Shown here one piece after another: positions 56,785-64,000 of a stretch of 64,000 nt of DNA. How positions within the stretch are numbered: position 1 is the first letter of the stretch; each line of letters begins with the position of its first letter. Origin of the DNA: an uncultured Acidobacteriota bacterium (GTDB taxonomy: Bacteria; Acidobacteriota; Thermoanaerobaculia; Multivoradales; SZUA-115); NCBI GenBank assembly GCA_963805975.1, contig CAWDVR010000003.1, positions 608,001 to 672,000 on the forward strand, in the 5' to 3' direction. A program made the translations under genes and the position numbers. The notes below the pieces were generated by a model. That model was not told the DNA's origin. It made no database searches and saw nothing but the letters and a program-made list of their open reading frames with translations.

Positions 56785-57750
56785 TTGGAGAGTAACCCGT
56801 ACGCCGCGATTCGTTGGGTGTGGAAGAACGGTGAGCTGGTGCCGTTCGAGAAGGCCACGTTGCACGTGCTGTCGCACGTGGTCCACTACGGCTCGGGCTG
56901 GTTCGAGGGCATCCGTTGCTACGAGACGCCGCAGGGGCCGGCGGTCTTCCGCCTGCGCGACCACCTGGAGCGCCTGGAGGCGTCCTGCAAGATCTTCCGC
57001 GTCCAGCCCACCTATTCGCTGGAGGAGATCGCCGCCGCCTCGCTCGAGACCATCCGCGCCAACGAGCTCTCCTCCTGCTACATCCGCCCCATCGTCTACC
57101 GCGGCCTCGGGCCGTTGGGCGTCAACCCGCTGGGCTGCCCGATCGACACCGTGATCGCCGTCTGGCCGTGGGGGCAGTACCTGGGCAGCGACGCGCTGGA
57201 TAAGGGCGTCGACGTCTGCGTCTCCACCTGGCGGCGTTTCGAGCCCAGCACCTACCCGGCGCTCGCCAAGTCGGTGGGCGGTTACCTCAACGCGCAGCTC
57301 ATCAAGATGGAGGCGGTGGTGGGCGGCTATGCCGAGGGCATCGCGCTCGACACCAACGGCTGCCTGTCCGAGGGCTCGGCGGAGAACCTGTTCCTGGTTT
57401 GCAAGGGCACCCTCCTGACGCCGCCGCTCGCCGCCTCGATCCTCCAGGGAGTCACCCGCAGCACGGTGATCTCGATCGCCGCGGAGATGGGCATCCCGGT
57501 GCGCGAGGAGGCCTTGCCGCGCAGCCTGCTCTACACCTGCGAAGAGCTCTTCATGTGCGGCACGGCGGTCGAGGTGACCCCGGTACGCTCGGTGGACCGG
57601 TTGCCGGTCGGCGACGGCAAGCCGGGGCCGATCACCCGCCGCATCCAGCAGCGGTTCCAGAGCCTGGTCACCGGCCAGAGCGAGGATCGCCACGGCTGGC
57701 TGACCCACGTCTCGATGGCCGATCGGCCCCTGGCCGCGGCCAGCGCCTGA
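56785..57750 (+). CDS. ilvE: Branched-chain amino acid aminotransferase
   Basis: HYGSGWFEGIRCY, YIRP, AKSVGGY, SEGSAENLF, ILQGVTR, ELFMCGTAVEVTP. Confidence 0.94.
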   Translation: MESNPYAAIRWVWKNGELVPFEKATLHVLSHVVHYGSGWFEGIRCYETPQGPAVFRLRDHLERLEASCKIFRVQPTYSLEEIAAASLETIRANELSSCYIRPIVYRGLGPLGVNPLGCPIDTVIAVWPWGQYLGSDALDKGVDVCVSTWRRFEPSTYPALAKSVGGYLNAQLIKMEAVVGGYAEGIALDTNGCLSEGSAENLFLVCKGTLLTPPLAASILQGVTRSTVISIAAEMGIPVREEALPRSLLYTCEELFMCGTAVEVTPVRSVDRLPVGDGKPGPITRRIQQRFQSLVTGQSEDRHGWLTHVSMADRPLAAASA

Positions 57751-57774
57751 TCGCCGGGAACGTTCCCGGCGATC
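57749..57774. other. Perfect 26-bp palindrome between ilvE and the pilT-like gene
   Basis: GATCGCCGGGAAC|GTTCCCGGCGATC. Confidence 0.6.
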
Positions 57775-57796
57775 GGCGCCCGGCAAGGAGGCTGCC

Positions 57797-58963
57797 ATGA
57801 ACATCAACGATCTGCTCAAGATCGCCGTCGAGCGCAAGGCCTCAGACCTCCATTTGAAGGTGGGCAGCCATCCCATCCTGCGTATCGACGGCGACCTCAC
57901 CCAGCTCTCCGAGCTCAAGCGCCTGATGCAGGAGGACACCATCGCGATGGCGTTCTCGATCATGAACGCGCGCCAGAAGCAGCGCTTCAAGGACGAGTAC
58001 GAGATCGACATCGCCTACTCGGTGCCGGGGCTCGGCCGCTTCCGCTGCAACATCTTCCAGCAGCGCGGCACGGTGGGCCTGGTGCTGCGCGTGATCCCGG
58101 CGCGCATCAAGACGGTGCGCGAGCTGATGCTGCCCATGGTGCTCGAGGAGATCTCGGGCGAGACCCGCGGCCTGGTGCTGTGCACCGGCACCACCGGCTC
58201 GGGCAAGTCGACGACGCTCGCCGCCATGATCGACTGCATCAACGCCGGGCGCGGCGAGCACATCATGACCATCGAGGACCCGATCGAGTTCCTGCACCGC
58301 GACAAGAAGTCGATCGTCAACCAGCGCGAGATCGACGTCGACACGCGCTCCTTCTCGCACGCCCTGCGCTCCGCCCTACGCCAGGACCCGGACGTCATCC
58401 TGGTCGGCGAGATGCGCGACTACGAGACCATCGAGACCGCGCTCCTCGCCGCCGAGACCGGGCACCTGGTGCTCTCCACCCTCCACACCCTGGACGCGAC
58501 GGAAACCATCAACCGCATCATCTCCGTCTTCCCGCCCCACCATCAGAAGCAGATCCGCATCCAGCTCGGACAGGTGCTCAAGGCGGTGATCTCGCTGCGC
58601 CTGCTGCCGCGGGCCGACGGCACCGGGCGCGTGCCGGCCGCCGAGGTGATGCGGGTGACGCCGTACATCCGCGACTGCATCGAGAACAAAGAGAAGACCA
58701 AGTACATCCGCGACCAGATCGCGCTCGGTACCAGCCAGTACGGCATGCAGACCTTCGACCAGTCGCTCTTCCAGCTCTACAAGGGCGGGCTCATCACCCT
58801 GGACGAGGCCATCCGCCGGGCCACCAACTCCGACGAGTTCAAGCTCAAGGTGGAAGGCGTGCAGTTCTCGTCGGACGCGGCCCGCGAGCAGATGGAGGAG
58901 TCGATCCGCATGCCGGTCGAGAGCGACCTGCTGAGCGAGGACTCTCCGTTCGAGCTGCGGTAG
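57797..58963 (+). CDS. pilT: PilT/PilU-family pilus retraction ATPase
   Basis: ASDLHL, GRFRCN, GTTGSGKST, TIEDPIE, LRQDPDVILVGEMRD, ETGHLVLSTLHT, GMQTFDQ. Confidence 0.9.
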   Translation: MNINDLLKIAVERKASDLHLKVGSHPILRIDGDLTQLSELKRLMQEDTIAMAFSIMNARQKQRFKDEYEIDIAYSVPGLGRFRCNIFQQRGTVGLVLRVIPARIKTVRELMLPMVLEEISGETRGLVLCTGTTGSGKSTTLAAMIDCINAGRGEHIMTIEDPIEFLHRDKKSIVNQREIDVDTRSFSHALRSALRQDPDVILVGEMRDYETIETALLAAETGHLVLSTLHTLDATETINRIISVFPPHHQKQIRIQLGQVLKAVISLRLLPRADGTGRVPAAEVMRVTPYIRDCIENKEKTKYIRDQIALGTSQYGMQTFDQSLFQLYKGGLITLDEAIRRATNSDEFKLKVEGVQFSSDAAREQMEESIRMPVESDLLSEDSPFELR

Positions 58964-58967
58964 AGAG

Positions 58968-59006
58968 CCCCTCACCCCAGCCCTCTCCCCGCCGGCGGGG
59001 AGAGGG
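58968..59006. repeat. REP family A single copy
   Basis: CCCCTCACCCCAGCCCTCTCCCCGCCGGCGGGGAGAGGG. Confidence 0.8.
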
Positions 59007-59020
59007 AGCCGGAGGCCGCA

Positions 59021-59488
59021 GTGCCCGCTAGAGAGAAGCCCTCTTGCTACGAGAAAGCCGTCGAGCTCCTCGCCCGGCGCTCGCACTTCGAGGCCGAGCT
59101 CACGCGGAAGCTCGGAGAGCGCGGCTACGGCGAGGAAGAGGTCTCGGAAGCGCTCGCCCGCCTGCGCCAGCAGGGTTACCTCGATGACGCCAGGACGGCC
59201 GGCGAGCTGGTGGAACAGCGCCGCGCCCGCGGACCGGAGGGCAGCCGGCGGCTCCAGGCCGAGCTGTCGCGGCGCGGGGTAGACGCCGGCACCATCGCCG
59301 CCACGGTCGGCGACATCTCGGCCGAGGAGGAGCTGACCGCCGCCCGCGAGGCCACGGCGAGCTTCCGGCGCAGGGGCAAGACCGATCCCGCCGCCCTCGC
59401 CCGCCACCTCGACCGGAAAGGCTTCTCGCGGGCGGCGATCTACGCGGTGCTGCGGGAGGAGGGGCAGGAGCTTCCCGAAGAGGCGTAG
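59021..59488 (+). CDS. recX: Regulatory protein RecX
   Basis: LLARRSHFEAELTRKL, GYLDD, GSRRLQAELSRRGV, LDRKGF. Confidence 0.88.
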   Translation: MPAREKPSCYEKAVELLARRSHFEAELTRKLGERGYGEEEVSEALARLRQQGYLDDARTAGELVEQRRARGPEGSRRLQAELSRRGVDAGTIAATVGDISAEEELTAAREATASFRRRGKTDPAALARHLDRKGFSRAAIYAVLREEGQELPEEA

Positions 59489-59556
59489 ACGCCCTCGCAG
59501 TACCAGCCATCGTCCTGCAGCGCCAGGGAGGCCCAGGAGATCCTTGGGCTCGAGAC

Positions 59557-60537
59557 TTACGCCGGCTCGACCTTGTACGGCGGGCGCTCGGCTTCGGCCA
59601 GGCTGCGCGCCTCGAGGTAGAGGGAGCGCGTGGCCGCGAGATGTGCGAGGCGGAGGGTGATGCGCGCGGCGAGAAACGCCTGCTGCAGCAGGAAGAGAAG
59701 GCCGAGGGTGATCCACCCCTGGGGCTCGAGCCAGCCGGTCGCGAGCCACCACACGGCGGTGAGCACCGGCGCCACCAGCCCCAGGAGCAGGTAGAGCGCC
59801 AGGTAGCGCCTGCCGCGGAGCCCCAGCTCCCGCAGCCCCAGGAGGAACGCCCACGGCCAGTTCCAGGTGCCGCGGTCCACCAGCACCACCTTCGAGAGGT
59901 CGAAGAGGAGCTTGGCGACGAGCAGCGCGAAGAGCGTCACGGCGAGCCGGGCCCAGGTCGCGAGGAGCGCCACCCATTCGCTGTCCACCGCCTGGCTCCA
60001 GCTCTCCAGCCACCTGCCGGTCAGGACGAAGAAGACCAGGTAGATCAGCAGGTAGACCAGCAGGGCGAAGAACGAGAACGCCGAGACCGGCAGCGCGAAG
60101 CGGATCGTGGCGGCGCCGAAGCCGCCGCGGCGATCCGGGTAGAGGTGGGCGAGGAAGCCGCAGTGGAGCACGGCGTTGAACCAGAAGAGGAGGAGGCCGG
60201 CGAGCGCCAGGGCCGCCGGCGGGCCGGCCAGCGTGCCGAGCTCTTTCCAGCGCAACCCGTGGTCCGCGAACAGCGCGCCCCAGGCCTCGAGGTTGCCGAA
60301 GGCGCCGGGTTGCGTGCGCTCCACGGTGTCGAACCAGCGCCACGAGGCACCCTCTGCCATCACCTCACCGTAGAGATTGTGGTCGAGCGTCGAGGCCAGG
60401 AGGCCCTTGAGCGGGGCGGCGAGCACCCAGGCCGCTAGCAGGTTCACGGCCAGCAGCAGGGCCACGATGTGCGGGCGCGAGAGCGCCTGCTTCCAGGCCG
60501 CCCAGGCCGCGCCGGGGATCGAGGGTTGGTGCCTCAT
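59557..60537 (-). CDS. Polytopic membrane protein of unknown function
   Basis: About six hydrophobic helices; ATGA-coupled to the upstream M1 peptidase. Confidence 0.75.
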   Translation of the reverse strand: MRHQPSIPGAAWAAWKQALSRPHIVALLLAVNLLAAWVLAAPLKGLLASTLDHNLYGEVMAEGASWRWFDTVERTQPGAFGNLEAWGALFADHGLRWKELGTLAGPPAALALAGLLLFWFNAVLHCGFLAHLYPDRRGGFGAATIRFALPVSAFSFFALLVYLLIYLVFFVLTGRWLESWSQAVDSEWVALLATWARLAVTLFALLVAKLLFDLSKVVLVDRGTWNWPWAFLLGLRELGLRGRRYLALYLLLGLVAPVLTAVWWLATGWLEPQGWITLGLLFLLQQAFLAARITLRLAHLAATRSLYLEARSLAEAERPPYKVEPA

Positions 60538-62498
60538 GCGAAGGTGGCGAAGGTCTCGAGCAGGTTCTGGATCCAGAAACGTGCCGCCTGGCCCCAGCGG
60601 CGGGAGGCGCGGCGGTCGGGCGCGGTGCGCAGGCTGTTGTTGAGTCGGTTGGCGTCGAGCACCTGCACCTCGTCCGGGTCCACCTCCGCCGATGCCAGCC
60701 GCGGCCCGCGCACCCGGTAGCGCACCCAGCGCTCCTCGCCGTCCCAGGTCACGCGCTCGGTGCGGCCGTCCGCGAACGAGAGCTCGACGAGCACCGGCAG
60801 CCGCACCTCGCCCAGGCGCCGGACCACCACCTCGCTCTCGAAGCCTTCGAGCTTCTTGCCGTCGGTGACCAGCCGCCGCTCGGTGCCCTCGCCGAAGACC
60901 CCGGCCGGCTCCGTGGGCCGGTGGGTCGAAACGGAGTCGACGGCGTAGTCGAGGAGCCCCGAGCCGCCGAGGAGCTGACGGAAGGCCGGGGAAAGGTCCC
61001 GCCCGCTCTCGCGCGAGAGGGTGTCGACCAGGTCTCGCGTGCGTGGGTGGCGGTAGCGGAAGGCGGTCGCGTAGGCGCGCATCGCCCTCTCCATCACCGG
61101 CGGGCTCAACGTGCGCTCGACCTGTTCCATCAGCAGCGACATCTTGCTGTAGGTCAGAGAGCGGTAGGTCGGCAGATCCAGGTAGCCCCAGGCCGCGCGG
61201 GTGATGGGGTCGTGGGTGGCGCGGCGGAAAAAGCGGGCCGAAGTGTCGAGCGGTGCCTCGCGGCGCACGCTCTCGAACACCAGGGGCACGCCCCAGAGGC
61301 GGAAGTTCCAGGCCTCCGCCGGATACGAGGCGCGCATCACCTTTGCCGTGGCATAGGTGGTGAGACCCTCGTCGAGATAGGACTCGCGGAACTCGTCCGT
61401 CGCCACCACGCCGTAGAAGAACTGGTGGCCGAACTCGTGTACCGTCACTTCCTCGGGATCGTTGATCGCCGGCGGCGAGAGCACGCGGGTGCCGGTGGCG
61501 ATGAAGGTCGGGTACTCCATGCCGCCGGCGCCCTCGGCACCCCAGGGCGGATCGACCATGGTCAGGGTCGCGTAAGGGTACGGCCCGTACCAACGGCCGA
61601 AGCTCGAGATCGCGTGCTGGAGGGCTCGGAAGTAGCGCTCGGTGAAACCCGCCGTCTCGCGGCGCAGGAGGAGGATCATCTCCACCTCCGGCAGCCCCGG
61701 CTCACGAAAGCGGCGGCGTTTCTCGACGAAGCCCGGCCAGGCCGTCCAGGCGAAGTCGTGCACGCCCTGCTGGGTGAAGCGGTAGCTCGTCGTGCCGTCG
61801 GCCTGCTCGGTCCTGGCCCGAAGTTCGCCGGTCGCTCCCACCACGAAGCGCTGCGGCACGGTGAAGGTCACGTCGTAGTCGCCGAAGTCGGCGTAGAACT
61901 CGGTCGCCCGCCGGAACTGCGGGCAGCTCCAGGTGCCGTCCGCCTCCAGCACGCCGAGCTTCGGGAACCACTGCGCCACGAAGTGGAAGTCGTTCTTGTA
62001 GCCGGTGCGCGCCACCGCGAAAGGGAGCCGGGCGGTCCAGGCGATCTCGAGGCGGAGGGTCTCGCCCGGCGCCACGGCGGCCGGCAGTACGGCGCGAGCC
62101 ACGCTGCGGTCCTCCGCGTTGCCGTCGTCGGGCGCGATGGGCTCGAGCGGCAGCAGATCCGCGCCGCCCGCGATGGCGAGCCGCTCGACCTCGATCCAGC
62201 CCCAACCCTCGTGGTCGGCGAGATCCGCGAGCTCCTCGCTCGAGTCGCGGCGCAGCCAGGACGAGGCCGCGTTGCGAAAGCCGTTCAAGTAGAGATGGAA
62301 GCGGAGCTCGGTGACCGGAACCGCGCTGCGGTTGGTCCAGCGGATCTCGCCGCTGCCCTGAATCTGGTGGCTCTTCGGGTCGAGCCGGGCAGACAAGGTG
62401 TACGAGGCCACGTCGAGGGGCTGGGCCTCGAAGCCAGGGGCCCAGGGCGCGGTCCCGGCCAGCCCCGTCAGAGCGAGAAGGAGGAAGGTTCTTTTCAT
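60534..62498 (-). CDS. Secreted M1-family zinc aminopeptidase
   Basis: GAGGMEYP, HEFGH-x18-E (LDEG), AQWFPK, YADFGDY; signal peptide. Confidence 0.9.
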   Translation of the reverse strand: MKRTFLLLALTGLAGTAPWAPGFEAQPLDVASYTLSARLDPKSHQIQGSGEIRWTNRSAVPVTELRFHLYLNGFRNAASSWLRRDSSEELADLADHEGWGWIEVERLAIAGGADLLPLEPIAPDDGNAEDRSVARAVLPAAVAPGETLRLEIAWTARLPFAVARTGYKNDFHFVAQWFPKLGVLEADGTWSCPQFRRATEFYADFGDYDVTFTVPQRFVVGATGELRARTEQADGTTSYRFTQQGVHDFAWTAWPGFVEKRRRFREPGLPEVEMILLLRRETAGFTERYFRALQHAISSFGRWYGPYPYATLTMVDPPWGAEGAGGMEYPTFIATGTRVLSPPAINDPEEVTVHEFGHQFFYGVVATDEFRESYLDEGLTTYATAKVMRASYPAEAWNFRLWGVPLVFESVRREAPLDTSARFFRRATHDPITRAAWGYLDLPTYRSLTYSKMSLLMEQVERTLSPPVMERAMRAYATAFRYRHPRTRDLVDTLSRESGRDLSPAFRQLLGGSGLLDYAVDSVSTHRPTEPAGVFGEGTERRLVTDGKKLEGFESEVVVRRLGEVRLPVLVELSFADGRTERVTWDGEERWVRYRVRGPRLASAEVDPDEVQVLDANRLNNSLRTAPDRRASRRWGQAARFWIQNLLETFATFA

Positions 62499-62575
62499 TC
62501 CCGATATTGACACGTGGCCATCCCTCTGCTACGGTTGCGGTCGGGGAGGCAATTCCTCCTCTCATCCCTCCCGCA

Positions 62576-62606
62576 AGGAGCGCCCCGAGCGCTCCTCCTT
62601 TTTTTT
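62576..62606. terminator. Hairpin with poly-T/A tract
   Basis: AGGAGCGC-CCCGA-GCGCTCCT followed by a T-run on the + strand, at the 3' end of the minus-strand gene. Confidence 0.45.
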
Positions 62607-63159
62607 AGCCCCCCAGCAAGGTCTTCTTGAACTCCGCTCCCGGTCCCGGCTTGGGACCGATCCACGAGCCGAGGAGCGCGTCCGCGAAGGGCTTGCCGGC
62701 GATCGTGCCCTTGCTCTGGCCCTTCACCTCGACCGTGGTGCCGGTGCCCGGAACGTAGGTGAACAGGAAGCGGTCTCCCTTCTCCGAATCCGCCATGTAG
62801 CCGCAGAGGGTCTCGAAGTCCTTCTTGAGATCGGCCGAGGCGTTGGGCGTGTTGGCGGCGAGGCCCTCCTGCCAACCCTCGCAGATGGTGGCCTTGTCGA
62901 CACCGTAGGTCCAGTGCATCACCATGCGCCGCGCCTCGTCGGTGGCCAGGATCTTGGTGGCGTCGGTCTGCTTGGCGGGAAGGTAGAGGCCCGCCACGTA
63001 CACCTTGATCATGAACTTGCTGCGCAGTCCCATGCCGTTGAGCATCAGCTTCTGGCTGCCGACGGTGACCTGGTCATCCATCGTGACGCCGGCCAGAGTG
63101 CCGGCCAGGGCCGTCAGGGCGAGGCTCGAGGCGAGCAGAGAGAGAACGAGCTTCTTCAT
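62605..63159 (-). CDS. Chalcone isomerase-like secreted protein
   Basis: Signal peptide; LNGMGLRSKFMIKVYVAGLYL; FADALLGSWIG..LLG. Confidence 0.88.
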   Translation of the reverse strand: MKKLVLSLLASSLALTALAGTLAGVTMDDQVTVGSQKLMLNGMGLRSKFMIKVYVAGLYLPAKQTDATKILATDEARRMVMHWTYGVDKATICEGWQEGLAANTPNASADLKKDFETLCGYMADSEKGDRFLFTYVPGTGTTVEVKGQSKGTIAGKPFADALLGSWIGPKPGPGAEFKKTLLGG

Positions 63160-63276
63160 GGCAGCGGCTCCTAGGGGTAGAGGGGATGGGCTCGAGGATG
63201 CCGGTAGTGTAGCGCCAGCCGGCTTGGGGCAGAATAGGCTCGATCCAACACCCTACTTCCGAGCAAAGGAGCGACT

Positions 63277-63969
63277 GTGAGACCTTTCCGCGCCTTCCGA
63301 TCCGGCACTCAGCTTCTTCTCGTCTGGACCGCCCTCGCGCTCCTTGTCGCGCCCACGGCCTGGGCGGCACGCAAGTCCGGCTCGAACGCCGCCACTCTCG
63401 ACGAGGGCCTCCTCGAGCGGAGCTGGTTCGGCGCCGAGGCGGGCGAATTCCGCGAGGCCGACGAGATCGACTACCTCTGGGTGGCCCCCGGCTTCAACCT
63501 GGACGGCAAGACCCTGGTCTTCCCGGCCTGGCCCGAAGTGCAGTTCATCGGCCCGGAGGCCGACGAGCGCGACACCAAGGACCTGCGGCTCGCCGAGGAG
63601 ATGAACGAGGACATGCCGGACCTGGTGGCCAACGCCTTCCGCCGCGCGTTCAAGGACCGCATCACGCTGGGCGAGGACAAGGGGGACCCGCGCGTCGAGG
63701 GCCGCATCGTCGACTGCTCGACGGGCAGCGTCGCCGCCAAGGTGATCGTCGGCTTCGGCGCCGGCTCCGGCAGCACCACCCTCGACCTGCGGTTCGTGGA
63801 CGAAGCGAGCGGCGCGGTGGTGGCGGGCATCCACCATCGGGTGGTCTCCGGGACTACCTGGAGCACCACCGACAGCAAGCTCGTCGACTGGTTTGACGAG
63901 ATGGCCTACGACGCGTCGAAGAAAGGCTTCGAGAAGATCTACGCCTCGGGCGATCGGGTCCGGGACTAG
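63277..63969 (+). CDS. Secreted protein, DUF4410-like
   Basis: Signal peptide; VEGRIV..GSVAAKVIVGFGAG..LRFVD. Confidence 0.65.
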   Translation: MRPFRAFRSGTQLLLVWTALALLVAPTAWAARKSGSNAATLDEGLLERSWFGAEAGEFREADEIDYLWVAPGFNLDGKTLVFPAWPEVQFIGPEADERDTKDLRLAEEMNEDMPDLVANAFRRAFKDRITLGEDKGDPRVEGRIVDCSTGSVAAKVIVGFGAGSGSTTLDLRFVDEASGAVVAGIHHRVVSGTTWSTTDSKLVDWFDEMAYDASKKGFEKIYASGDRVRD

Positions 63970-64000
63970 GAGCCCCCGGCCGGGGCTACCGGGCCACCAG

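Overview
High-GC bacterial chromosome segment made up mostly of housekeeping genes. A GWxTD protein, an Acidobacteria-type VWA protein and GGVPGGV-type repeats suggest Acidobacteriota; this is an inference. In order, it holds a partial DEAD-box helicase, a frameshifted methylmalonyl-CoA mutase large subunit, class II RNR nrdJ with tandem NrdR boxes, an ECF sigma/YfbK pair, folE, fabH, UDP-sugar genes, mlaEFD, plsC, mrp, lpxH-like, aroA, a sigma54 activator, lon, nrdR, an MglA-like GTPase, an hrcA-grpE-dnaK-dnaJ-prmA-rsmE cluster interrupted by nadR-pnuC and msrA, ilvE, a pilT-like gene, recX and peptidases. I saw no rRNA, tRNA, CRISPR array or transposase. The most notable observations are: (1) a SelW/Rdx selenoprotein (CxxU with a candidate bSECIS) that the ORF track misses; (2) a secreted pre-pro-peptide with an 8-Cys defensin-like (CSalpha-beta) pattern, next to a tandem-HTH/AT-hook DNA-binding protein with a near-consensus promoter; (3) an archaeal-type GAPDH-like enzyme; (4) many candidate leaderless genes; (5) two REP-like families, one copy of which is translated inside plsC. 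All assignments come from motif recognition by eye; no database searches were run.
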